Source: Malacoraja senta
Taxonomy: Eukaryota
Assembly (NCBI GenBank): GCA_038087875.1
Contig: CM075987.1
Coordinates: 19,096,001 to 19,160,000 of the forward strand
Length of the DNA stretch: 64,000 bases
Direction: 5' to 3'
Notes under the pieces: model-generated
What the model saw: the letters and a program-made list of their open reading frames with translations, nothing else
What the model was told of the DNA's origin: nothing
Database searches by the model: none
Program-made: the position numbers and the translations under genes
Shown here: positions 12,270-25,710 of the stretch, piece after piece
Layout of the letters: each line of letters begins with the position of its first letter
How positions within the stretch are numbered: position 1 is the first letter of the stretch

Positions 12270-13470
12270 ATAGTCATAGTCATACAGCACGGAAACAGAC
12301 TCTTGGTCCAATTTATCCATAGTGATCAAGATGCCTCATTTAAGTTCCATTTGCCTGCATTTGGCCATATCACTCTGAACCTTTCTTATGCATGTACCTG
12401 TCTAAGTGTCTTTAAAATGTTGTTATTATACCTGCCTCAACTACCTCCTCTGGCAGTTCCATGTACCCACCGACCTCTGAGTGAAAAAAGTTGCCCCTCG
12501 GGTCCTATTAAACCTTTCCTATCTCACCTTAAACTTATGTACGCTTGTTCTTGATCTCCCTGCCCTGGGTAAAAGACTCTGTGTATCCACCCTATCAGTA
12601 CCCCCTCATGACTTTATCTCTCAGATCACCCGTTAGCCTTCTGTGCTCCAAGGAATAAAGTCCTAACTTAGTTTAGTTTAGAGATACAGCACGGAAACAG
12701 GCACTTCGGCCCACCGAGTCAGCGCCGACCAGCGATCCCCACACATTAACACTATCCGATACCCACTTGGGACAATTTTTACATTTACCAAGCCAATTAA
12801 CCTACAAATCTGTCCGTCTGTGGAATGTGGGAGGAAACCGAAGATCTCGGAGAAAACCTATGCAGGTCACGGGGAGAACGTACAAACTCCGTACAGACAG
12901 CACCTGTAGTCGGGATCGAACCCGGTTCTCCGGCGCTGCATTTGCTGTAAGGCAGCAACTCTACCGCTGCGCCACCGTGACTGCCCTGAACTTGCTCAAT
13001 CTCTCCCCATAGGTCAGGCCTTCGAGTTCTGGCAACATCCTCGTAAATCTTCTCTGCACTCTTTCTAGCTTAACAATATTCTTTCTGTAGCATAGTGACC
13101 AAAACTGAACGCCATACTCCAAATGCAGCCTCACCAACGTCTTGTACAATTGTAATGTAACGTACCAACTTCTCTACACAATACCCTGACTGATGAAGGC
13201 TAATGTACCATAAGTTGTCTTTCCTACCCTATCTACCTGTGACACCACTTTCATGGAACTATGCACATGTACTCCCAGATCCCTCTGCCCTGCAGCATTC
13301 CCCAGGCCCTACCATTCACTGTGAAGGTCCTGCCCTGGTTTGAAACCTCAAACTTATTTCCACTGAATCCATTAGCCATCCTACTCCCAATTGCCCAGCT
13401 GATCAAGCTCCTGCTGTAATTTTTGATAACCATTTTCACTGTCTATGATGCTACCTATTTTAGTGTCATA
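12270..13470 (-). mobile_element. CR1 LINE fragment split by a SINE insertion
   Basis: ORF 12961-13149 YKTLVRLHLEYGVQFWS..KLERVQRRFTRMLP; the 3' part continues at 12270-12667. Confidence 0.85.
12668..12986 (-). mobile_element. tRNA-derived SINE (HE1 / V-SINE type), full length
   Basis: Minus strand: A box TGGCGCAGCGG, B box GGTTCGATCCC, V-domain tggagtttgtacgttctccccgtgac-like core, CR1-derived tail and (taaac)n end. Confidence 0.9.
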
Positions 13471-15917
13471 TGAACCAGTTCTGTTTTCTATGCAGCACGT
13501 GCTAATGGGATCCTGATGAATGGATCGGCCTTTGATGCAGGGACGGCAAGCTGGGAAAGTGGATGGTCTACTCGCAGTCGGTAAGCTTTGACTTCTTGTT
13601 CATCCTCTGTTGGGAATAGACAATGATGGCAGCTGAGAGAAGAAGATATTATTTCCAACTGTCGTCTCCTGAAGGCATTCCCTGTTTAATTTGTTCTGTG
13701 GAAGTGCTTTTTTTAACCTGGTTTTGACTCGGTCAGCTATGGTAGTCTGCAAAGTGCAGTATGAATAACTAGAAGCAGCAGATTCAGTTGTTTCAAAGAA
13801 CACATACTCAAAGGGAAAAATATTTGGCAAAGAGAGCCTAATTGAATCTCTCTTTCAAAGAGCCTGTCTGGATGATGGGTGGAATAACCTTATTCCCTGT
13901 TGTATTTTTGATCCTGTAATGTGCATATTACTTTTCAAAGACAATTTTACAGCACTTTATACGTTATAGTAAAAATGTCTCGGCATCAAATCATGATCAA
14001 TTTACGTGCTCTTTCTGGGAAGTAATTAAGTATTTGATCTTGGGATGTTTGCAGGTAATAATTAGAAAGATTTTCATTTAAGTAGCATCAGTCAATGCAA
14101 TGGGTTATTCTAACAACTGATGATTGAAATGCGATTGCTATTGTAATTTAAGGAATCTAGAAATTCGGTGTAGGAAGTGTTTCTTGTGTTTCTCCATATG
14201 TTATTTGTTTGATCACACTGGCATTCAGCTGATCTGAGTTGAATTGTGCTGCACCACTTGCCCCACCAACCCTCTGCCCAACTCCATACCCAATCATTCA
14301 TATTTCACCATTGATAGCCTTTGAAAACATATAATTGAACATTCATGGAAAATAATAACAAAAGCTTGGAATGCCCAAAGCATAGCACATTTCCACATGG
14401 GGTTTTCACTCTTAGAGCACAATTACTGCCAGTGGATGGGAGTATATACTTTGCTTCAACCAACAGCTATGTGATTTAAAAAAAAACTTTAGTAGCTAGA
14501 GATAAATGCACTTATTTTTCTTGTACACTACACAAATGTGATCTTGCAACGATTCTTACTATGTGCCAATTGTAAGTGGATTACCAATATAGCAGGCTGT
14601 TTTCTCATTGTAAAGTTAGAGGACATTTTATGGGAAGATATTGAGTACTCTGAGTGAAGGAGAATGCATGTTTGTGATTATTTAAGTTATAAATCAATGC
14701 CTTCAGCTTGTGTCCTTCACTAATGGAATAGAGTTAGAACTATGTAGATGTGTCAGTCAATTGGCCTGTTTTAGTTCTTTTAAAAGCACAATTCAATTTA
14801 GTTCCACTGAAATTCACCTGGCAAATTAATCCTAATTACTGTCAGAAAATCTGACTCCACCACTCCCTTGGATGCAATGTTCCACATCAGTGAGATTCAC
14901 ACAAGGTCGTCATTGCCTTCTACCCTGCCTCTGAATTTGCACTGAATAACATTACCCACCATCCAACCTTGGTGCTATCTGAACCAAATATCACATTTGG
15001 CCACTTGCATCCCATGCTACAATTATCTAGAACAGCAACTCCTGTGTTTGAGTTGGTATTTTGCATATGCATTCTCCAACCTGCCTGCTTTATTCACACT
15101 CAGTATGTCCTCGGCATTGCAATAACGAAATGTATCATGGGAGACCATCAAACTCATAATCTATGTTTACGGAAGTGGTTGTTGACCTACTGTATTTTCC
15201 ACTTCATCTCTACACATGCATTCCTTCAGAGTCCGTGTCAAATATTGCCAAATGTGCAAGAGTTGAGGGCAATTTTTCATTTATTACCCCCTAGTTCTAA
15301 TTTAATGATCTCTGTAATTATTACTAGTAATGATTATCAACATTGAGTGGGATTGAGAAACATTTCCTATTGCTCTGTAACCTCGAGATCTATTGGAGTT
15401 TGGTAATTCAAGATTAAAACCAAATGTTAATGAAAACGTGGAAAACTCTCCCCATACAGCTGTGCATGTTGTAGTTTAATTGGAGCATTTAAGACTGATG
15501 GATGAATTTGTTTGGTTGTTTTGTAGATATGGTGCAAAGACATAAAATGGACATTGAGATGCTAGTCATAAGATCTAATTAGATAATGGACCAGGCTTGT
15601 GGAGGCGGAATAGTCCACATGGGCTTGTCTGTTTTTTGCATTCCGCCATTTTTTCATCTGTTTGCATATTCTTTAATTGGATTGATATTGCAATCTGTTA
15701 TCTCCTGATTTACCTATTGGTTTATTTATAAATGGGAGGAAATATTGATTGCAATATGTCCATGACATTTCCAGACATCCTGATTTTCCGGATGTCTTGT
15801 GATGAGCTTGCACTTTCATTTTGTGCTGTAGTGTGACAGTTATTTTATTGTCGTGGGTGTGCCTTGTGCTGCCATGTGTAAAGTGAATGCGTAAGTAAAG
15901 TGTTAAAGCTTCATTTG

Positions 15918-16185
15918 TAGAAAGGAACTGCAGATGCTGGTTTAAACCGGAGATAGACACAAAATCTGGAGTAACTCAGTGGGTCAGAAAGCATCCCTGG
16001 AGAAAAGGTATAGGTGCCGTTTCGGGTTGAGACCCTTCTTCAGACTAAGCGTCAGGAGAGAGGGAATCAAGAGATATAGATGTTGATATAGAACAAATGA
16101 ATGAAGATATTCAAAAAAGTAATTATGATAAAGGAAACAGGCCAGTGGTAGCTGTGGGCTAGGTGAAAATGAGTTATAGACAAGT
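15918..16185 (-). mobile_element. PLE-derived short element
   Basis: aaggaactgcagatgctgg..gtttcgggttgagacccttcttcagact (hammerhead-like core on the minus strand, cleavage triplet mutated). Confidence 0.75.
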
Positions 16186-16939
16186 TAAAGTTTCATAGTT
16201 GATGACAATAATGGATGCATTTAAGGAGTGTCTAGATAAATGCCAGGGGAGAGAATTAGAAATTTTAGATGGGGATTAGCTGAATGTGAGTAGGAGGAAT
16301 GTGGAATATTAAATGCTAGGGTGTACCAAATGGCCTGGTTCTGTAGTGTCCTCTCTAAATAATTATATGAATTACAAACTTGTTCAAGTATTCGATGTGA
16401 TTATGTCTGTTATATACCTTAATTATGAATACCTGCTTTGATTGCATGTCCTTCCATTTGCTTTGACTCGCATTTTAATCCAAAGATGCACATATTGCAT
16501 CGCAAGATTCATTTGCCTGCAGTTTCGGACCAGGGGCAGAGCAGATGCTGTTCGATTTCTATCTGTGTATTAAAACAGTTTTTTTCTAACCTGATTGCTT
16601 CTCTTTAGTTGCTGTTTGATTATTGAAACATATTTTCAACAATGATAGAATTAGTAGCAACATTTAAAAGGCATCTGGACAGGTATGTGAATGAGCAAGC
16701 AGAGGGGTAAGGCATTAATGCGGGCAAGTGCAATTAGCATGGATAGATCTGGCAGCAGACATAGAAGTTGTAGACTGAAGGGGATATTTTTTATAGTGTA
16801 CAACTGTTTCCCAGCTCGAGAGAGATTGTCTCTCAACGTCTATACCAGGTAGTTAATGGTATTTTAATTTGAAATTCAAGGCAGAAGTCTGCATGAGTAT
16901 CTCCGTGTTGGAGTGTGGCTTAATCCCACCTCCATCTTT

Positions 16940-17245
16940 AACTTTAGACTTTAGAGATATAGTGCGGAAACAGGCCCTTCGGCCCACTGTGTCCATGCCG
17001 ACCAGTGAGCACCCCAAACACTAACATCTCTCCTAGACACCGGGGACAGTTTTACCATTTTTACCAAAGCCTATTAACCTACGAACTTGTACGTCTTTAG
17101 TGTGTGGGAGAAAACTGGAGCACCCGGAGAAAACCCTTGCAGTTTCAGAGAGTACTTACAAACTCTGTACGGACAGCACGCATAGTCAGGATTGAACCTG
17201 GGTCTCTGGCGCTGTAAGGCAGCAACTCTACTGCTGCACAGTCCC
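16940..17245 (-). mobile_element. tRNA-derived SINE (HE1 / V-SINE type)
   Basis: Paralogous to 12668-12986 along its full length. Confidence 0.88.
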
Positions 17246-17399
17246 TTACAATCTCACAGTACACTTTTTTTCTCTCTAACTACGCAATGCTGAATTAATT
17301 GAATTAAATAGAAGTTAAAGTGCAGAAATGAGCTATCATCGCATCCAGTCAAATATTGTGTCTGCTTCAGTCTGCTTTCCAAGCAATACATCCTTCTGA

Positions 17400-18260
17400 A
17401 GACATGAAATTGATCGAGTGTGAATAGCAAGGAATGTTGTAGACGGATACAGATCAATTGGAAATTTTGGTGAAGAGAATGAAGTGTGAGGTGATGCATT
17501 TTGGGAGGTAGAATACAAGAGGAAAGTATACAGTGAATGGCAGGCTACTTGGGAGTGTTGATCACAGAAAGATCCTGGACTGCATGTCCATAGCTTCCTC
17601 AATGTGGCAACACAAATGGACAGAGTGGTAAAGGTTGTTGCATTGGTGGACATTGAGTACACAAGTTGGGGAAGTTGTGTTTCAGTTGTTTAAAACTTTG
17701 GTTAGACCACATTTGGAGTATTGTGTGCAGCTCTGGTCACTTCATTATAGGAATCCTTCGGACATGGTGCAGAAGGGGTCCATAAGTTCATGTCATCTAC
17801 TCCAGTTCATCAGGATGTTGCCTGGATTGGAATTAATTTGCAATAACGAGAAAGATGACATGTTTGGATTGTTTTCAAATAAGTTTTGGAGGCTGAGTGG
17901 CAACCTAATAGAAGTATATAAATCACAAGCAGCGTAGATAGGGCAGATAGTCTTTGCCAATGATGGAAAAGTCAGATACCAGAGGGCATAGCTTTAAGGT
18001 TAAATGAAGTGGGTTTAATGGAGATTTGTGAGGCCATTTAAAAAAATTTTTTTTTTACAGAGTGTGGTAGATGCCTGCAAGAACACTGCAGGGTATATAG
18101 TAGAACCATATATGATGGTAATGTTTGAGAGTTATCAACAGGCAGGCAATAGAGGAATATTGACCACATGCAAGCAGATAGGATTAATTTTGATTGGCAT
18201 CATGGTTGGCACAGATGGGTCAAAGGGGTTGTTCCACTGCTGTATATTCTATTTTATGTT
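17400..18260 (+). mobile_element. CR1 LINE 3' fragment (old)
   Basis: FKTLVRPHLEYCVQLWS, TRGHSFK and CR1 tail. Confidence 0.82.
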
Positions 18261-20476
18261 ATATTCTTTTTTCAGATGCACAGGATCGTCAGGAGGCCAG
18301 TGTTCCTATCACGTTCTTTTTCTGTTCACTAATTCTTGCTCATTCCACCAATATGAACAGGTTCTCTCTTGGTAATTAGTCTAGAGTGTTAATAATAGTA
18401 GATTTGTAATATCTTGTAATAGTGATTCTTATAATATCCACATAACTGATGTTCCTCTTTGGAATAGTTTTAGTAAATCTCTTGTTCCATCTGTATAGCC
18501 ATGTATATCCTTCGTGATCCACTCAGAACTGGGCACAGTCCTCCAATTCTAGCTGATCTACTGTTTTATATATGTTATGATTGTTCTCCTCCCCACCAAT
18601 ATATATTTGTCTCGCCTATCCATGCTATTCATCTTGGCTATTATTTGTTAAATTATTAAACGTTCCAAATTCTTGGAATGAGAATGTTTACTCCATTTCA
18701 TACCTGTTAAATGGTGTCAGAGATTATGGGGAGAAGGTGTGAGAATGGGGTTAGGAGGGAGAGATAGATCAGCCACGATTGCAAGGTGGTGTAGATTTGA
18801 TGGGCAGAATGGCCTAATTCTGCTCCTCACACTCATGATCTAATGATTCGCCAGGAAAATAAACTCCAACGTGGTCCTGATGTGGAGTAATTGACTTGAG
18901 GTTTTATTTTCAGTTGGAGACTTGCAGATGTGTTGCCCCTGGCCGTGTTCAGCTTGTTGCTGCTTTTGTTTATGCACAATGTATATGTTGAGCAACTGAG
19001 ACTGATAACTAGCTAATTAATGATTCGTGCCTGGGAATCAGAGCAGTCGGCTTTCAAAAGGCTGTCTGTGTGTGGAAAGATCGAACACTCATTGATGTTT
19101 GAAACCAAAAGTCACGACGTTGGATTTTTGCATGAATGGTCAGTATTTCCTTCCACTGACCTTCCAGTGGGAGCTTTGGTTATAATGATGTCAGAAACAA
19201 CGGGGTGCGGCTTCCACTCTTTCTTCACCGTGCCTCATCCTCTGTACACGACCACACAGCCCAAATGCATAAGCAGATGGAGAGTTAACAGCTGGGAGGA
19301 GTTTCTCGAGCTGGCTTGGCTGATTTATTCCTGTCACTGCTACATTTGTGTGGTAAAAGGTAGGCAAGTCGATGACTTCATGGCTTTGTTTCCTAGCAAT
19401 GAGAATGGGAGATTAACAACAAGGACAATATCATCCAGGTAAAATGATTGTGCATCTGACATCTGTTCTCATCTGGGTACATCTATGTTGCAGTCTCTAT
19501 TTGTTCATGTGTCTTTTGCTTAATCAATTTGTATTTTTACAACTTGCAAATGTTGTTAAGATTTGGAATAAACATTATGTCTGTATTTAAATGACATTAA
19601 CTTATTCTGTTTTCTTGAACAATCTTTTTTTATCTCACACCAGTTGAATCCAAATATTTATTTTAATAGTAAATAATGGTAATGACATATTTACATCTCA
19701 ATTTCAAATATGTTTTCTAATAGACTTTATCTCTACTCTGTGTAGTTTGAGTCTGTATGCAAATCTATCAGACACGTATGTACCTAAGCCGTGTTTAAGT
19801 CCCATTTTTCACCTTGCAGTCTTTTTTAAAGGTTACTAAATAAGGAATATTAGTATTCATCACCACATCTCTGGCTCTCGTGTGCAGTCTTGCTCCTTCC
19901 AAGTTGTTAGCAATCTTTTAAAATAAAGCATCTCACGACTGGTGTATAGTTTGAACAATGCAATGTGATTGACATTAATGCTTGTTGGATATAATTGCAT
20001 TGATGCTTGGGACAAAACACAAGGGAGTAATACACACCAAAGCTTTAATAAACATACAGCATGTCACCAGCAGTATTGATTCTTCTTGCAATTGATATCT
20101 TTCTGTGTTTGTGTTATTGGGCAAATATCCTGCACTTGCATACAAGCTTATAAAATTGAACGGTGGAAAATTATTATCAAGCAAGATTTTTCGTAATTTC
20201 CCTTTTTTTTTCTTCCAAGTAACAATGAAACATTCAGAGTACCGATACAGCAAAGGGAAAGTAAAAGTACTCAATAATATAACACAAAGAAATTTGATTT
20301 CTGTGGTGTTTATATTTTAACAATGCTTTGAGTTTTTTGAATTGCAATGCGAGAGTCCACAAACAATGAGACCAAAAGATCTGCAGTAAAATCAAATGCT
20401 GAAATGCATGATTTAAGTTGCCTTGAATAATTCTTATCTGGAGTATAACTTGTGCATTATTGTCATTTGTCAGCTA

Positions 20477-22166
20477 CAGTGCCCTCCATAATTTTTGGGA
20501 CAAAGACCCATCATTTATTTATTTTTCTCTGTACTCCACAATATGAGATTTGTAATAGAAAAAAAATCACATGTTGTTAAAGTGCACATTGTCAGATTTT
20601 AATAAAGGCCATTTTTATACCTTTTGGTTTCACCATGTAGGAATTACAGCAGTGTTTATACATAGTTCCCCCCCCCCCCCCCCCCACACCCATTTCACTA
20701 TAATGTTTGGGACACAGCAATGTCATGTAAATGAAAGTAGTCATGTTTAGTATTTTGTTGCATATCCTTTGCATGCAATTACTGCTTTGAGTCTGCGATT
20801 CATGGACATCACCTGTTGCTGGGTGTCTTCGCTGGTGATGCTCTGCCAGGCCTGTATTACAGCCATCTTTAGCTTATGCTTGTTTTGGGTGCAAGTCCCC
20901 TTCAGGTTTCTCTTCAGCATATAAAAGGCATTCTCAATTGGGTTCAGATCGGGTGATTGATTTGGCCACTCAAGAATTTACCATTTTTTTGTTTTGAAAA
21001 AAACCTTTGTTGCTTTAGCAGTATGTGTGGGATCATTGTCTTGCTGTAGAATGAACCGCCAGCCAATGAGTTTTCAGGCATTTGTTTGAACTTGAGCAGA
21101 TAGGATGTGTCTATACACTTCAGAATTCATTATGCTACTACCATCAGCAGTTGTATCATCAATGAAGATAAGTGAGCCAGTAACTTCAGCAGCCATATAT
21201 GTCCAGGCCATAACACCCCCCCCCCCACCACCGTGTTTCACAGATGAGGTGGTATGCTTTGGATCTTGGGCATTCCTCTCTCCTCCATACTTTGCTCTTG
21301 GCACCATTCTGATATAAGTTAATCTTCATCTCATCTGTCCACAAGACATTTTCCCAGAACTGTGGTTGCTCTTTTAAGTACTTCTTGGCAAGCTGTAACC
21401 TGGCCATCCTATTCTTGCAGCTAACCAGTGGTTTGCATCTTGCAGTGTAGCCTTTGTATTTCTGCTCATGAAGTCTTCTGCGGACAGTGGTCATTGACAA
21501 ATCCGTACCTGACTCCTGAAGAGTGTTTCTGATCTGTCGGACAGGTGTTTGGGGATTTTTCTTTATTATAGAGAGAATTCTTCTGTCATCAGCTGTAGAG
21601 GTCTTCCTTGGCCTGCCAGTCCCATGGCGATTAGTAAGCTCGCCAGTGCTCTCTTTCTTCTTAATGATATTCCAAACAGTTGATTTTGTTAAGCCTATGG
21701 TTTGGCTGATGTCTCTAACAGTTTTATTCTTGTTTCTCAGTCTCATAATGGCTTCTTTGACTTTCATTGGCACAACTTTGGTCCTCATGTTGCTAAACAG
21801 CAATAAACGTTTCCAAAGGTGATGGAAAGACTGGAGGAAAGACTAGGTGCTGAGAGCTCGCTTATACCTGCATTATGGAGGCAATTAAACACACCTGAGC
21901 AATTACAAATGCCTGTGAAGCCATGTGTCCCAAACATTATGGTGCCTTGAAATGGGGGTCTATGTATAAACATAGTAATTTCTGTAATGCTGTAATTTCT
22001 ACATGGTGAAACCAAAATGTATAAAAATGGCCTTTATTAAAATCTGACAGTGTGCACATTAGCCACATGTGATTTTTTTTTTTTCTAATACAAATCTCAA
22101 ATTGTGGAGTACAGAGGCAAATAAATAAATGACGGGTCTTTGTCCCAAACATTATGGAGGGCACTG
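20477..22166 (-). mobile_element. Tc1/mariner DNA transposon, IR/DR type, full length
   Basis: TA|CAGTGCCCTCCATAAT...ATTATGGAGGGCACTG|TA; inverted repeats of about 240 bp, each with two ataatgtttgggaca-type direct repeats. Confidence 0.96.
20747..21788 (-). pseudogene. Tc1 DD34E transposase, frameshifted
   Basis: MRTKVVPMKVKE..GRPRKT, WTDE, VKHGGG, QQDNDP, SPDLNPIE, GYATKY*; frameshift near 21270-21285. Confidence 0.93.
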
Positions 22167-23789
22167 TACTTCACATGGTTTCTCAAACTGAAATAAACAC
22201 ATTTTCACCAGTAAGCCATGCTTTAATGATTGTAATGAAAGATTTTTGGAATCGGTGTGAAACCATTACTCTAGCCCTCACAGAATATTTTTAGGTATGC
22301 GGATTTTTTAAAGGCTTAGAATTGATGTTGGGTTTGGAGAGGAGACTTTGGATATCAGCATCCGCAGTCTTTTGAAGAATAAGAAGAAAGTGCTGGAGGA
22401 ACTCGCAAGCAAGCAGCATCTGTGGAGGCACAGGTGCTTTGGGTCGATACCCTGCATCTAGATTGAGAATGCGAAGGGGAGATAGCTGATATCAAGGTGA
22501 GAGAGAAAGGCAACATTTTATATGCAATTTCGATAGGATTGTACATATTTAGACCCGTCCGTCTCTTTTCCTGTATTATCCTCTGGCTGTCCTCGCAGAA
22601 TCCGTTATTGTTTCAATTCAGTTCAGTAGTTCTCTGAGTGATTGTAGCAATTCTTGAACATCAATGCATCCAAAATAGTAAGTCAACTATTCATGTAACG
22701 CATTTAATGGAGTGAAATGTCCCAAGATATTTGATGAGTGATTGTCAAACAAAAACACCCCATTTTCCTTCCTAATTCCATGCATGTTGACTTTGATGAA
22801 TAATGTACAAGAACACCCAAGCCTCTCTGGACACTAATTTGTTTCAATCTCTTACAATATAAAGACAAAATGCCTCATTCAATTTGCACGAAAATAGAAT
22901 TATGATGCCACAGTTTTCCACGCCCTGTTCTATGTGTTGCAATCTTGAGATGATTGCATTAATTTCCATATCTGTTACAGTGGACATTATATGCTGGGAT
23001 TGACCATACACACAATTTGTACTGTAACCATTCTCAACTTGTCACATTTACCTAGTGAAGTTATACTGCTGTGTAGGGAGTATCTGCTCTAGTTTTGATC
23101 CAAACTTTGAGGGACCCCCATAAATTGAAACCCCAAATACTGCCCCACCTCCTTCTCCTCATTGGCAGACGTGTGTATACTCCAATTAGACATTGGGTTC
23201 CAAATGGGCCACTAAGTCTGAGGCAAGTTCTGCATGAGTAGTGCTAATTGTCAAGTTGTAAAGAACTACAATGCTATAAAATTGATGCAACATGTGCAGT
23301 CACAAACCAACTACATGGCGGCACAGACTGTAGGTTGGTGTAGTTGCAATGCTTTGGTGAACCGGCACTTTCTAACTAACAGGTGGACGACTGTGAAGCT
23401 GGCGCCATTGAGGCTGAATGCTCAAGTCTAAACAAGACAAAAATGTAAAAAGACAAAAATACTTTTGTCTTTGGTATCTGATGGGTAAACATGATAGTTG
23501 AATAGAGTTTGAAGTACAGCCTGTATAAATTGTGGATGGGCATGTGGAACTTGTTATAATCTTTAAAATAAATGTTATGGTGAGAGTGCACCAGGCCACC
23601 ATGTATCGTTGATCTTTGCTGCTAGACTCTGATTCTGTGCAGCATCCCAAATGGCTCATAGCTGGCAGGCTCCACAGAATCCCGAATCAGCATCTGCAGT
23701 TCCTTGCTACAGAATCCCTGTTAGTTCCATTCAGTCGTTCTCTGATGTGATTGCAGCAACTTGCACATTAATGGATCATGATAGTGATG

Positions 23790-24035
23790 GTCAACTACTC
23801 ATGTCGTACAATTAATGGAGTAAAATGTCCTAAGATACTTGACAAGAGTGGTTGTCAAACCAAATGACCAAATAATCTGCTTTGGGTGGAGGTTGAGAAA
23901 TGAATATTTGTAGAGGTAAGGGAAAGCTCTACAATTTATCTTTGAAAATCCTATGGGATTTTTTAATATCCATTTAAGAAGCATTTGTAAGCTCATTTTG
24001 ATATTTTTCATAAAGAGAGAATGATGATGGCACCC
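23790..24035 (-). mobile_element. Ancient Deu-domain SINE remnant with L2-type tail
   Basis: Degenerate match (gaaaatcctatgggattttt, ggttgagaaatgaatatttg) to other copies at 30410, 35905 and 48590. Confidence 0.4.
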
Positions 24036-25673
24036 GTTCAGAAGATTTATTGATTCAAATCAAGTGATAGCCACAATTGACTGGGGAAGGACATCATCAT
24101 TTTGATTCAATCGGCCTTGTGAAATAGAATTGTCAGTACAGCTTGTTTTTGTTTAGTGTTTTTATATAGCGTTCAGAATTAGACTGTCTTTCTGCAGCAC
24201 TTGTTAAACAAGTAAGTAAATATGTATGTACACCCCTATTAACGAATGCGTAGAAAGCCAGTTTCGGATGCGATGGGAGGTTATCAGAACAAATCCAGTG
24301 TAATTTATTTCTTTGTGCATTTGATTAAACACAAAGCCGAGGTTTTGTTAAAAGTGAATCAACAGCTCCTTCGATTACATTGTGCAAATGCAAAGATTAA
24401 CCTCGCTTTTGTTGTGCAGCAATCACGGTATTTTTCCCTGGTCTGTGTTCAGAGCAAGGTTACCATAGTGATGAGATCAGAAGCTGCTGTCCCATTATGG
24501 TGTCGGAGTTGGGCATTCACAACAAAAGCAAACAATCCCCGATGACGAATACTCATCAGAGAGCTTTAATGGATGAATTTCATTCATCGTAGAAAAATTT
24601 CCAGAAAATGGAAAACGCTGGAAATAATCAGGAGGCCAAACAGCATCCGGAGAGAGCAAAATACAGTTAGTGGGCTGGATGGTACAACTGCTGTAACAGT
24701 GTATACTTGCTGCTATTACAGCTCAGAAGATGAACAGGCCAGCAATTTCCTTTGCAGTCACCGATTCATCGACCTGCTTGCTGGCGAACCTGTTCCCACG
24801 CCACATTGCTGGGACTTGAATCTCCTCACCTTCTCATCAGCAGGGAGCTTCTTGCTCAATTAATGAGGATCCACAGCTATTATATCATGCATCAGAATCG
24901 CAGGTACAGGTCTCCATCTAGTACTACAGGATCAGTGTTGCACAATGTGGGGGACCAAAGTACAGCATGAAGGAATTTTGCAAAGTATTTTAAACAATAA
25001 ATTGAAATAGAGATTTAGGGCAAGATGGCTTTCTACATATAAATACGAGCGCATATTCAACAATAGGATTATTATTTTTTTAGAGTTCAGACTATTTCAA
25101 ATCTTAATTGTTGAAAGAGTTCAAATCAAGTGGGCAATTGTAATAGCAGTCATTAACAATATAAGAAATGGAAGCATTACCTTGTCTTTTTTGAACCTGT
25201 TTTAACATTCAGCAACATCATTGACTGATCTTCTTCCTCATCACCAATTTCCTGTCCTATAACCGCATCCCATGATTCATCAAATCATCAAACTGTTTTG
25301 ATCTCAGTTTTAAATGACATCATGGACTGAGCAGGGAAGTCATTTCCAAGGATCTACCGCCCTTTGAGTGGTTATAGAGTCGCAGTTTTGACAGAAATGA
25401 GCCCTTCAGGCCAAACTGTCCATGCCAGCCAAGTTGGCTCCTGGGCTAGTTTTTGGCTTGTATTCCTCTAAACCTTTTTTATCTGTGCTGCTATTTTAAA
25501 CATTGTCATTGTACCTGACTCTACTACTTCCTCTGGCAGCTCGTTTAAAAAGCTGCTCATCTGTCCCTTTCAGTCTTCCTCTTCTCACCATTAAATTCAT
25601 GCCCTCTATTTATAGACTCCCCTATCCTGAGAATAAAGAGTGTGATTGTACACCTTATGAAAGCCCCCTCGTG

Positions 25674-25675
<2 letters not shown>

Positions 25676-25707
<32 letters not shown>
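25676..25707. repeat. (TA)n microsatellite
   Basis: Seen directly. Confidence 0.97.

Positions 25708-25710
<3 letters not shown>

Noticed and set aside
12900-12986. tRNA gene
   Set aside because: A and B boxes belong to the SINE head and continue into the V domain and LINE tail
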